Positions 17,932-27,542 of a stretch of DNA of 64,000 bases are shown here, one piece after another. The position numbers were made by a program, and so were the translations under genes. Origin of the DNA: an uncultured Gammaproteobacteria bacterium. GTDB taxonomy: Bacteria; Patescibacteriota; Microgenomatia; UBA8517. The notes under the pieces are model-generated. The model ran no database searches. It worked only from the letters and a program-made list of their open reading frames with translations, and was not told the DNA's origin. Each line of letters opens with the position of its first letter. Within the stretch, counting starts at the first letter, position 1. The stretch lies in assembly GCA_964429215.1 (NCBI GenBank), contig CAYSAY010000001.1, forward strand, positions 27,931-91,930. Reading direction: 5' to 3'.

Positions 17932-19311
17932 ATGAAAGTAAAAAGACAACCAATTGTAGTAGTTTTAGGCCACGTTGATCACGGTAAGACCTCACTTCTT
18001 GATGCTTTAAGAAACACAAACATAACTGGCGGCGAAGCTGGTGGTATTACACAATCAATTGGAGCTTCAGTTGTAACAACGAAAGAGGGAAGTAAAATAA
18101 CATTTATAGACACTCCAGGTCACGCAATCTTTTCAGGGATGAGATCAAGAGGTGCTAATATTGCCGACATTGCCCTATTAATTGTTGATGGTTCTGGTGG
18201 AGTTAAACCGCAAACAAAAGAAGCAATTGGCTTAATTCAAGAATCAAAGATACCTTTTATTGTTGTTGTGACAAAAATTGATTTGCCTGCAGCTTCTGTC
18301 GATGTGGTATTGGCTGAACTTGAAAAGGAAGGAATTTTGTTTGAAGGTCGAGGTGGACAAACCCCTTATATTGGAGTTTCAGCTAAAAAGAAAGAAAAGT
18401 TAGAAGACTTGATTGATTTAATTAGCTTGCTTGCTGAAGTAAATAATATAGAAGGAGACGCAGAAATTCCACTTGAAAGTTATGTAATTGAAACAAACAA
18501 AGAAAGAGGCGGAAACATGGTTTCTGTTGTTGTTAAAAATGGAGTTTTAAAAGTTGGACAGGAGATATTTAGTGATTCAGCGCAAGGTAAAGTAAAAGGG
18601 CTCTATGACTTTGCCAATAAACAGGTAAAAGAAATAGGACTTGGTGAACCAGCAAAAATATTAGGCTTTGATAACTTGCCAGAAGTAGGAGCGTTAATAT
18701 CCGATCAAAAAATAGATATGAAATTAACTGTTAAAGATAACAAATCAAGAATTGAGAAAGGTAAAATAGCAATTTATTTAAAGGCTGAAAGTGCAGGATC
18801 TCTTGAAGCGCTTGTAGCCTCAATTCCTCAAGAGTTTTCAATTATTGAATCAACTGTTGGAGATGTTACAGAATCAGATGTATTAAATGCAAAGGCTAAT
18901 AATGCAGTTATCTTTGTGTTTGAAAGTAAAATTCCAGGAAGTGTTAAAAAACTTGCAGAAATGGATAAAGTAAAAATATTTAAATACGATATTATTTATG
19001 AACTTTTACAGAAACTTGATGAAATTGTAAAAAGCGGTTTAATTGAAATATTAGGCAAAGCTGAAATTTTAGCAAGTTTCCCATTTGATAATAAAAAAAT
19101 TGCTGGTTCTAAAGTCTTGCATGGAAGAATTGAAAAAACTGGGGATATAAGGCTAATGAGAGGGGAAAAAGAACTTGGAAAAGTAAAGATTTTATCTATT
19201 AAGAAACAAAAACAAGAAGTTCCTGGAGTATCTCAAGGAGAAGAATGTGGAATACTTTTTGTTCCACAGCTTGATTTTATTACAGGAGATGTTATAGTTT
19301 CGGTTAAATAA
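17932..19311 (+). CDS. infB: Translation initiation factor IF-2 (compact form, no N-terminal domains)
   Basis: [24 protein letters not shown] and a TKIDL-containing G domain, then domain II, C1 and C2. Only 459 aa. Confidence 0.85.
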   Translation: MKVKRQPIVVVLGHVDHGKTSLLDALRNTNITGGEAGGITQSIGASVVTTKEGSKITFIDTPGHAIFSGMRSRGANIADIALLIVDGSGGVKPQTKEAIGLIQESKIPFIVVVTKIDLPAASVDVVLAELEKEGILFEGRGGQTPYIGVSAKKKEKLEDLIDLISLLAEVNNIEGDAEIPLESYVIETNKERGGNMVSVVVKNGVLKVGQEIFSDSAQGKVKGLYDFANKQVKEIGLGEPAKILGFDNLPEVGALISDQKIDMKLTVKDNKSRIEKGKIAIYLKAESAGSLEALVASIPQEFSIIESTVGDVTESDVLNAKANNAVIFVFESKIPGSVKKLAEMDKVKIFKYDIIYELLQKLDEIVKSGLIEILGKAEILASFPFDNKKIAGSKVLHGRIEKTGDIRLMRGEKELGKVKILSIKKQKQEVPGVSQGEECGILFVPQLDFITGDVIVSVK

Positions 19312-19318
19312 ACAAAAA

Positions 19319-20251
19319 TTGATGGACAATTCATTTAAGAATCTAATAGATTCTGCCCAAGAAGTGTTGATACTTCTTCCAAGTAAGCCTTTTACTGATC
19401 AAGTTGCAGGAGGTTTGGCCCTGTATTTATCTTTAGTAGCAACTGGCAAAACAGTTTCTATTGTCTGCCCAGCTCCAATGATTACAGAATTTTCAAGGTT
19501 AATTGGGGTTGATAAAATATCATCAGATTTGGGAAATAATAATCTAGTTATTTCTCTTAAAAATTATGATGCCAATAGTGTTGATAAAGTAAGTTATGAC
19601 ATTATTGAAGGTCAATTTAAGTTAACTATCTCTCCAAAAGCAGGTCAAAAATCTCCAACAAAAGAACAACTTGATATAAATTATTCTGGTGCATCAGGAG
19701 ACTTGGTTATCTTGATTGGTGGAGCAAATGATTCTCATTTCCCTGCTCTTACCAAAGAAGAGTTTAAATCTGCAAAACTAGTTCATATCGGTACAAGACT
19801 TCTTGAAATTTTAAATAACGATTTGCAAGTACTATCATTTGCAAGACCCGCAAGCTCAACTTCAGAACTAGTTGCAAATTTAGTTAAAGAGTCAGAATTT
19901 GCAGTTGATGCCGATATTGCTACAAATTTACTTGCTGGTATTGAGGATCAAAGTAAAGGTTTTCAAAGTAGTGATGTTACTGCAGATACATTTACAATTT
20001 TTGCAGAACTTTTGAACTTGGGTGGTAAAAGAATGCCAAAATTAGTTCCTGCGAAAAGTTATCCAGTTGGAGCAATTCCAAACCAGCCATACAACAGACA
20101 AGCTCAACCGGTGCCAGCTTCAACAGTTGCAAAATTCATGGATGCAAAACCGGAAGACGTTGAGGCAATTGAAGAAGTTGAACAAGAAACACAACCAGCT
20201 CCACCATCATGGAGTGAGCCAAAAATCTTCACAGGAACTAGTGTGAGTTAA
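19319..20251 (+). CDS. Hypothetical protein, possibly a degenerate DHH-family (NrnA-like) homolog
   Basis: Position after infB matches nrnA synteny. The DHH-like motifs are degenerate (TDQ instead of DGD, NDSHF). Confidence 0.3.
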   Translation: MMDNSFKNLIDSAQEVLILLPSKPFTDQVAGGLALYLSLVATGKTVSIVCPAPMITEFSRLIGVDKISSDLGNNNLVISLKNYDANSVDKVSYDIIEGQFKLTISPKAGQKSPTKEQLDINYSGASGDLVILIGGANDSHFPALTKEEFKSAKLVHIGTRLLEILNNDLQVLSFARPASSTSELVANLVKESEFAVDADIATNLLAGIEDQSKGFQSSDVTADTFTIFAELLNLGGKRMPKLVPAKSYPVGAIPNQPYNRQAQPVPASTVAKFMDAKPEDVEAIEEVEQETQPAPPSWSEPKIFTGTSVS

Positions 20252-20433
20252 ATCTTTTCCCCAATCAATTTCGGAAGCTATTTCTAGTACCTCTTTAGCG
20301 CAAAGAGCAATTCTAAAAATCAGTATTGATAAAGCATCTTTATCATCATGTTTCGTTGTAATTTGAATGAAATTAAATCTACCAGTGAGAACACTGAAGA
20401 AATAGCAACAAATTCCATGTTATACTAAACATC

Positions 20434-21684
20434 ATGAGTCATAAAATAATTACTCTAATTTTAACTAGTTTTTGTTATCTGTTTTTATTAGTAAATAATA
20501 TCAGTGCACAAACATGCAATTTTCCCATCGGTGATAGTAATCTAAGAGATTACGGAACGGTAAAATCTCTAGAGATTGGTGGTCCTATACTTGGAAAAAT
20601 GACTGGTTTAGTAAATGATTCTGTCGAGGAGACAAAACTATTGAAAGAATTCTCATTTGCGGTTTCACCAGTTTTCATGGCCAGAATCCAACCAACAAGA
20701 AACACATTCAACTATTTATCAATGAATAAGGATATTGAAGTTGCGAAGCAATACAATTTAAAGCTAAAGGGTGACAGTTTGATTTTTGGAACTACTTCAA
20801 TAAGTCCCGGATGGCTAGGATTTACTGACACTAGTTGTGGTTCGTGGACTAATGTCGAACTAGATTCAATAATGAAAGACCATATTCAGAAAATAGTTAC
20901 ACATGGTGGGTCAAATTATTCAATATGGGAGGTGGTTAATGAGCCGTTTGACGGCAACGGCAATCTTTATAGATGTTGGTACAAAATACTTGGTAGGGAG
21001 TATATAGCCAATGCTTTTCGATATGCTGACCAAGCAAGACCTAATAAAGATATCAAATTAATGTTGAATGAACATTTTGGGTGGACTGCTTCACTTACTG
21101 AAGACAAACCGAAAATAGACGCCTTTATTAATTTAGTTAAAGAGCTGAAAAATGCAAATATTCCCCTAGATATTTTAGGAATCCAATTACATTTAAGGTT
21201 AGATGGGTTGTCCCAAACATATATAGATGAAATAAATTATTTTTTGACAGCAGCTCAGTCATTGCAGTTACCTGTACATATCACTGAAATGGATGTTTAT
21301 CAGGGAGTGTCACCTATGGCTGATTGGGAACAACTTCAAAAAAATGTATATAAAAACATCGTAGCTACATGTCTAAAATACTCAAACTGTAAATCATTTT
21401 CAACATGGGGAATATCTGACAAGTCAACATGGTTGAACAGTATAAATAATTTTCCAAACCCTAAACCACTTCTTTTTGATACAAATTATCTAAAAAAGCC
21501 TGCATATTTTGGTGTCGTAGAGGCAATATCTGAAGATACATTTCGTACATGTACTTCAAAACCAGGAGATTTAAATAATGATGGTTCTGTAAATATTTTC
21601 GATTACAATATTTTAATTTCGAAATTTGGAAACCCTTATACTTATGCAGATTTTGATTTGGTTGTTATAAATTATGGTAAATAA
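20434..21684 (+). CDS. Secreted glycoside hydrolase family 10 (endo-1,4-beta-xylanase-like) with a C-terminal dockerin-like module
   Basis: Signal peptide. WEVVNEP (acid/base), LGIQLH, HITEMDV (nucleophile) and STWGISDKSTWL are GH10 motifs. The C-terminal DLNNDGSVNIFDYNILISKFG is a dockerin Ca-binding repeat. Confidence 0.7.
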   Translation: MSHKIITLILTSFCYLFLLVNNISAQTCNFPIGDSNLRDYGTVKSLEIGGPILGKMTGLVNDSVEETKLLKEFSFAVSPVFMARIQPTRNTFNYLSMNKDIEVAKQYNLKLKGDSLIFGTTSISPGWLGFTDTSCGSWTNVELDSIMKDHIQKIVTHGGSNYSIWEVVNEPFDGNGNLYRCWYKILGREYIANAFRYADQARPNKDIKLMLNEHFGWTASLTEDKPKIDAFINLVKELKNANIPLDILGIQLHLRLDGLSQTYIDEINYFLTAAQSLQLPVHITEMDVYQGVSPMADWEQLQKNVYKNIVATCLKYSNCKSFSTWGISDKSTWLNSINNFPNPKPLLFDTNYLKKPAYFGVVEAISEDTFRTCTSKPGDLNNDGSVNIFDYNILISKFGNPYTYADFDLVVINYGK

Positions 21685-22783
21685 CAGACTTAAAACATTA
21701 AAGATTGTAGCAGAAATAGTTGTGGCAATCATTTTGTTAGTCTCTTTGGTACTTGGAGTAAATCTTGTTCTGAAAGGGAGAAATAATCTTGGTTCTATCG
21801 CTGGTGTTGTTGGGCCAAAGATAGCATTTTCAACGACGACCAGTACAATGAAATTGGGAGAATCAAAATCTTTTGACATTTTGCTGTCGACAGATACTAA
21901 TTTTATTACCGCCGTTCAAGTCGATTTGTCTTACGACCCTACAGTTTTGGATCAGGTAACATTTTCAAATGGCACAATTACCCCAGTCGTTTTAAAACCG
22001 CTCTCTACCAACAATGGAATTGCGTCTATAACACTTGGAGTGATGCCAACAAAAGCTTTCCATGGAAATGGTATTGTTGGTAAACTAAATGTCCATGCTA
22101 AAACTATAAAGAAAACTTCAATTACTTTTACTCAGAATTCTATTGTAACTTCGATGAATATTAACTCAAACACCCTAACTACCAGTGATTCAATTTTGAT
22201 TGATATTGTACCAAACACAATATTAGATTTTTCTGATGTTCCCACTTCACACTGGGCCTACAGTAATATAAGAATTTTACAGATACTAGGTATAGTACAA
22301 GGGTGTTCTCAAAATCCTTTAAAATATTGTCCAGAAGACCCAACTACTCGTTCTACAGCTAGTATCTTTTTACTTAAAGGAAAGTATGGTCAGAACTATT
22401 CGCCTCCGTTAGCCACTAAAACAAGTTTTTCTGATGTTCCCACTTCACACTGGGCATACAAATGGATTGAGCAATTAGCCAAAGAAGGGATAACTTCTGG
22501 TTGTGGATCTGGTAAATATTGTCCAGAAAGTCCTGTCACAAGAGCTCAGATGGCAGTATTATTGTTAAAAACAAAACATGGAATTAGTTATGTCCCATCC
22601 GTTTTTCCGACATCATTATTTTCTGATGTTCCCACTTCACACTGGGCATACAAATGGATTGAGCAATTAGCCAAAGAAGGGATAACTTCTGGTTGTGGAT
22701 CTGGTAAATATTGTCCAGAAAGTCCTGTCACAAGAGCTCAGATGGCAGTATATATAGTCAAGACTTTTAATTTGAAAATATAG
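21674..22783 (+). CDS. Cell-surface anchoring protein: N-terminal TM, a cohesin-like domain and three SLH domains
   Basis: AVQVDLSYDPTVLDQVTFSNGTI and NGIVGKLNVHAKTIKKTSITF resemble cohesin strands. There are three FSDVPTSHWAY...VTRAQMAV repeats (SLH). Confidence 0.6.
   Translation: MVNNRLKTLKIVAEIVVAIILLVSLVLGVNLVLKGRNNLGSIAGVVGPKIAFSTTTSTMKLGESKSFDILLSTDTNFITAVQVDLSYDPTVLDQVTFSNGTITPVVLKPLSTNNGIASITLGVMPTKAFHGNGIVGKLNVHAKTIKKTSITFTQNSIVTSMNINSNTLTTSDSILIDIVPNTILDFSDVPTSHWAYSNIRILQILGIVQGCSQNPLKYCPEDPTTRSTASIFLLKGKYGQNYSPPLATKTSFSDVPTSHWAYKWIEQLAKEGITSGCGSGKYCPESPVTRAQMAVLLLKTKHGISYVPSVFPTSLFSDVPTSHWAYKWIEQLAKEGITSGCGSGKYCPESPVTRAQMAVYIVKTFNLKI
22428..22760 (+). repeat. Tandem direct repeat: two identical ~131-bp copies (22428-22558 and 22630-22760) with a 202-bp period, encoding SLH domains 2 and 3
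   Basis: Verbatim identical DNA, ttttctgatgttcccacttcacactgggcatacaaatggattgagcaattagcc...cagatggcagta. Confidence 0.9.
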
Positions 22784-22796
22784 TAAAATATTTCTT

Positions 22797-23408
22797 ATGC
22801 AAGGAAACAATTCAATTTCAACACCAGTAGTTACTCCACCTCTTGTGATTGAGTATCCAAAATCAAACAATTATTTAGTTATGTTGTTATCTATCTTGCT
22901 AATTATCTCTGTAGCTATTTCAGGTTTTTTTGCTTTCCAAACACAGAAATTAGTTAAAGAATTAACTTTACTAAGAAGTGAAGCTACACCAGTTGCAACA
23001 GTAGAACCACTTACAACAAATAGTGCAATTGCAACTGCCGATCCAACAGCAAATTGGAAAACATATACAAATCCTAATTTTAGCTTTAAATATCCAGACA
23101 GCCTAAAAGTTGGAGAGATTGTCCCTGAATATATAGTCAAATTTGTGGACTCAAAACTAGTTGAAAAAATCATTATGTACCAAGGACAGTTTGCAGATGG
23201 AACTGACAATCCAAATTCAAAGTTTGAATATTCAGCAGGAAAAATACAAAACCAAGAATCTAAAATACAAAAAAATTATTCATATAATAAATTAGTTCAA
23301 ATATCCTATGAATTCAAGGTCAATGACGAGGACACAATAATGTCATTTGTTGGAATTGACCAAGAAGTTATTGATCAAATTCTTTCCACTTTTAAATTCA
23401 CAAATTAA
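22797..23408 (+). CDS. Membrane-anchored hypothetical protein (paralog of 40748-41359)
   Basis: TM LLSILLIISVAISGFFAFQTQKLVKELTLLR is shared with the paralog at about 80% nt identity. Confidence 0.45.
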   Translation: MQGNNSISTPVVTPPLVIEYPKSNNYLVMLLSILLIISVAISGFFAFQTQKLVKELTLLRSEATPVATVEPLTTNSAIATADPTANWKTYTNPNFSFKYPDSLKVGEIVPEYIVKFVDSKLVEKIIMYQGQFADGTDNPNSKFEYSAGKIQNQESKIQKNYSYNKLVQISYEFKVNDEDTIMSFVGIDQEVIDQILSTFKFTN

Positions 23409-23474
23409 CTGATATAATACAGGAACTAGATGATAGCGAGGAATAAAATCTTTGGCTACACATGACTAAACAAT

Positions 23475-23744
23475 ATGGCATTAAAAGTAGAAGAGAAAAA
23501 AGAATTAATTAAAAAGTTTGCAAGAGAAAAGGGCGATACTGGTTCTCCAGAAATTCAAATTGCACTTCTTTCCACAAAGATTGATAAACTTGCAGAACAC
23601 TTAAAGGAACACAAAAAAGATGTTCATTCAAGAAGAGGTTTACTTTCAATGGTTGCAAAAAGACGTAGACTTCTGTCATACTTGCAGAAGAAAGACGAAA
23701 AAAGATACAAGGATTTAATCAAAGAATTAAAATTAAACAAATAA
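23475..23744 (+). CDS. rpsO: 30S ribosomal protein S15
   Basis: 89 aa. ...[23 protein letters not shown] is S15. Confidence 0.9.
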   Translation: MALKVEEKKELIKKFAREKGDTGSPEIQIALLSTKIDKLAEHLKEHKKDVHSRRGLLSMVAKRRRLLSYLQKKDEKRYKDLIKELKLNK

Positions 23745-23773
23745 TTCTTCAAAATTATTAGATTTAGGTTTAG

Positions 23774-26164
23774 ATGAAGTTAATGATAAATCAAAAAAAG
23801 ACAGTTAAAACATTCAAATTAGGTGGGAAAGAAATTACATTAACCACAGGAGTAGTTGCAGAACAAGCAGATAGTGCTGTTATGGCCAGAATGGGAGATA
23901 CTGTAGTTTTAGCAACTGTTACTTCAGCTCCATTAAAAATGGAAATGGATTATTTTCCACTTTCTCTAGAATATCAAGAAAAATTATATGCAGGTGGAAG
24001 AATTAAAGGTTCAAGATGGGTTAAAAGAGATGGGAAACCAACAGATGAAGAAATTTTAGTATCAAGACTTATTGATAGATCTATTAGACCACTATTCCCT
24101 AAGACATATAAAAAGGAAGTTCAAATAATAGTTTCTGTTCTTTCAGTTGATGGTGAAAATATGCCATCAATTTTAGCTGCAGTTGCAGCTTCAGCCGCAG
24201 TTCATATCACATCACTTCCATGGAAAGGACCAGTTGGAGTCGTTAACTTAGGTTTTAAAGAAGGTAAATATATAGTTAATCCAACAAATACTGAAATGGC
24301 AGAATCTGACCTTGATTTAGTTGTTTCCTCAACAAAGGAAGCAGTACTCATGATTGAGACTGGCGCTAAGGAAGTAAGCGAAGAGGTTATCGTTGATGGC
24401 GTTAAAATGGCTTTTGATGAAGCACAAAATATTAACAAGGCAATTGAAGAGTTTGCAACAGAATTGAGATCCAGCTCCGCTATGAAAATTAAAAGAGATA
24501 CATATGAAGAAGAAAAACCTTCTGAGAAGTTAGAAAAACAAATCCATAAATTAGTTGATAAAGATATTCCAGAACTTGTTAAAAATATGGCAACACATGA
24601 GGGTGCATCTGATGTGTTTAAAGAAATGGTTGCTTCTGTGGCTGAACAGGTCGAAGATGAGAATGATAAAAAATGGGTTGCTGAAATAATTGATCATATT
24701 AAGAAAGACTATATAAGAGAACAAATACTTAAAAAAGGTATTAGACCTGATGGAAGAAAGTTAACAGAAATTAGACCTCTTGCATCTGAAGTATCATTTT
24801 TACCTAGAACTCATGGATCGGGATTGTTTACTCGTGGACAAACTCAAGTGTTGTCAATTGCAACTCTAGGTTCAACTCAAATGGGACAACTTTTGGAAAC
24901 TGCAGAAGGCGAACAAGAGAAAAGATATATGCATCATTATTCTATGCCACCATTTACAACTGGTGAAGTTGGAAGAGTTGGAAATCCTGGAAGACGTGAA
25001 ATAGGACATGGAGCATTAGCTGAAAAAGCATTAATGCCAGTATTGCCTGATGTTTCAGTTTTTCCATATGCAATTCGAGTTGTATCTGAAGTTATGAGCT
25101 CTAATGGATCAACCTCAATGGCTTCTGTCTGTGGATCATCTTTAGCACTTATGGATGCTGGTGTTCCAATAACAGCTCCAGTATCAGGAATTGCAATGGG
25201 ACTTATTATTGATGGAAAAGATGTAGCAATACTTTCTGACATAATGGGTATTGAGGACTTTAATGGAGATATGGATTTTAAAGTTGCAGGAACTACAAAA
25301 GGTATTACAGCTATTCAATTAGATGTTAAAACATTGAATTTAACTCCAGCAATACTTGAGAAAGCATTAGCTCAATCAAAAATTGGAAGAGCTGAAATGT
25401 TAAAGGTTGTAACTGATGCGATTTCTGAACCTAGAGCTGAAGTTTCAGCATATGCTCCAAAGATTACTTTAGTTAAGATTCCAGTTGATAAAATTGGAGA
25501 ACTTATTGGACCTGGAGGAAAAGCTATTAAGGCTTTAATGGCAGATACAGGAACACAGATTGATGTTGAGGATGATGGAAGTGTTGCAATTTCAGGAATT
25601 GATAAAGAAGGAATTAAGAGTGCGATTGAGTACATTGAAGGTATGGGTAAGGAAGTTATGGCAGGAGAGATTTATGATGGAGAAGTTGTAAGAATGATGT
25701 CATTTGGAGCTTTTGTAAATATACTTCCTGGAAAAGACGGAATGGTTCATGTTTCAGATATGGGTCAAGAAGGATTTGTAGCTGATGCTAATGATGTGTT
25801 ACATGTTGGAGATAAAGTAAAAGTTAGAGTTAAAAAGATTGACGATCAAGGAAGAGTAAATCTTTCTATGAATATGGATCCTGCAATGGATGAAAAGATT
25901 GAAAGTTCAAAGAGAGAAAGAACTGGTGGAGACAGAGGTGGATCAAGAGGTGGATCAAGAGGTGGAGGATTTAATAGAGGTGGAAATGACAGAGGACATT
26001 CAGGTGGAGGAAGACCAGGAGGATTTTCCAGAGGACCAAGAACTGGTGGATTTAATAGGGATACAAGAGGAAATGCTGATAGACCAGCAACTGATGGAAG
26101 GTCAAGTGGTCCACACTTTCCAACTTCAAGATACTTCCAAACTGGAACAAACGTAGATCGCTAA
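23774..26164 (+). CDS. pnp: Polyribonucleotide nucleotidyltransferase (PNPase) with a C-terminal RGG-rich tail
   Basis: Two RNase PH domains, then KH, then S1 (GEIYDGEVVRMMSFGAFV). The roughly 75-aa tail is rich in RGG/GGF. Confidence 0.9.
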   Translation: MKLMINQKKTVKTFKLGGKEITLTTGVVAEQADSAVMARMGDTVVLATVTSAPLKMEMDYFPLSLEYQEKLYAGGRIKGSRWVKRDGKPTDEEILVSRLIDRSIRPLFPKTYKKEVQIIVSVLSVDGENMPSILAAVAASAAVHITSLPWKGPVGVVNLGFKEGKYIVNPTNTEMAESDLDLVVSSTKEAVLMIETGAKEVSEEVIVDGVKMAFDEAQNINKAIEEFATELRSSSAMKIKRDTYEEEKPSEKLEKQIHKLVDKDIPELVKNMATHEGASDVFKEMVASVAEQVEDENDKKWVAEIIDHIKKDYIREQILKKGIRPDGRKLTEIRPLASEVSFLPRTHGSGLFTRGQTQVLSIATLGSTQMGQLLETAEGEQEKRYMHHYSMPPFTTGEVGRVGNPGRREIGHGALAEKALMPVLPDVSVFPYAIRVVSEVMSSNGSTSMASVCGSSLALMDAGVPITAPVSGIAMGLIIDGKDVAILSDIMGIEDFNGDMDFKVAGTTKGITAIQLDVKTLNLTPAILEKALAQSKIGRAEMLKVVTDAISEPRAEVSAYAPKITLVKIPVDKIGELIGPGGKAIKALMADTGTQIDVEDDGSVAISGIDKEGIKSAIEYIEGMGKEVMAGEIYDGEVVRMMSFGAFVNILPGKDGMVHVSDMGQEGFVADANDVLHVGDKVKVRVKKIDDQGRVNLSMNMDPAMDEKIESSKRERTGGDRGGSRGGSRGGGFNRGGNDRGHSGGGRPGGFSRGPRTGGFNRDTRGNADRPATDGRSSGPHFPTSRYFQTGTNVDR

Positions 26165-26201
26165 CTTCAATTTTTAGTTAAATCAATGATATACTTAAAA
26201 T

Positions 26202-27251
26202 ATGCTTGATACTGCCTTTGATGAAATTAATATATTAGGTGACAAAGTAGGAAGGTCTACTATTCCTGATGATTTGAAAAAGTCTATAGAAATTAGGCTT
26301 GATCAACTAAAAAAACTTACAAACTCCCCAACATTTTTACCTGAGTATGACAGAATGAATAAATATATTGATTGGGTTTCAAATTTGCCATGGAATATAA
26401 AGTCACAAGATAATCTTGACTTGGTAAATGCTAAAAAGATACTTGATGCACACCATTATGGATTGGAAGATATTAAAGATAGAGTTTTGGAATACTTAGC
26501 CGTAATGAAACTTAAGCAGGAAAAAGGTGAAGGGCAAGATATATATAGGGCGCCAATATTGTGTTTTGTAGGACTTGTTGGTACTGGAAAAACTACAATT
26601 GCATACTCAATTGCAGAGGCCTTGGGTAGAAAGATTGCACGTATTCCTTTTGGAGGTATGGGAGACCCACTGGATTTGCGTGGTCAGTCCAAAATGCATC
26701 CTGAAGCAGAGCCTGGAAAAATTATTAAGGCACTAAGAGACACAGCCACAAGAAATTCAGTAATATTACTTGATGAAATAGATAGGGTTACAGAACAAGG
26801 AAGAGCTTCAATCATGGGTGTTTTGGTTGAACTTTTGGATCCTGGGCAAAACCATGCATTTACTGATCATTATATTGATTTTCCAGTAAATCTTTCTGAA
26901 TGTATTTTTATTGCAACTGCAAATAATACAACAAATATTTCAACTGCCGTAATGGACAGAATAGAACCTATTATGATGCCTTCTTATTCTGATCAAGAAA
27001 AGATAATTATTGGTAAGACTTACGTATTTCCAAAGGCTTTAAAGTCATCAGGACTTCCTCCAGATGCTTTAAAAATTGACGATGATGTTTGGATTAATTT
27101 GGTTAGGCCTTTGGGTTATGATGCTGGTATTCGTACAATGGAAAGAACAATTGGGGGAGTTGTTAGAAAAGTTGCAAGGATGATAGTTGAAGGAAAAGGA
27201 ACAAGCTTTAGTGTAACGCCTCAAAATGTAAAAGAATTTCTTCCTCTTTAA
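26202..27251 (+). CDS. Lon-family AAA+ ATPase module without protease domain
   Basis: LPWNIKSQDNLDL...HYGLEDIKDRVLEYLAV, GLVGTGKTT (Walker A), ILLDEID (Walker B) and GIRTMER (sensor 2) align to the LonA ATPase domain. There is no S16 protease domain. Confidence 0.65.
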   Translation: MLDTAFDEINILGDKVGRSTIPDDLKKSIEIRLDQLKKLTNSPTFLPEYDRMNKYIDWVSNLPWNIKSQDNLDLVNAKKILDAHHYGLEDIKDRVLEYLAVMKLKQEKGEGQDIYRAPILCFVGLVGTGKTTIAYSIAEALGRKIARIPFGGMGDPLDLRGQSKMHPEAEPGKIIKALRDTATRNSVILLDEIDRVTEQGRASIMGVLVELLDPGQNHAFTDHYIDFPVNLSECIFIATANNTTNISTAVMDRIEPIMMPSYSDQEKIIIGKTYVFPKALKSSGLPPDALKIDDDVWINLVRPLGYDAGIRTMERTIGGVVRKVARMIVEGKGTSFSVTPQNVKEFLPL

Positions 27252-27542
27252 TTTGGGTGTATAATCCTCTCAAGTAATATTTTTCTCAATTCAACTTGCT
27301 GAAGGAGCAAAAAATGAATACTAGTGCTTTGTGTAAAGGAAAGGAATACGGAATGAAGGGGCGAGGAAGAGTGATATACCAAGGTGCAGAATCTGTGACA
27401 ACTGGGTATTGTACCTGTCGGTGGGAGTACGTTTTTGTAAGGGTCAATGATTGGTTTGGCCTTTCACCCATCTCCCTGACAGCCGAGGAAGTTGCTAAAG
27501 AGATATATAATATCTGACAATCTTCCTAAGCCGCAGGGTCAA

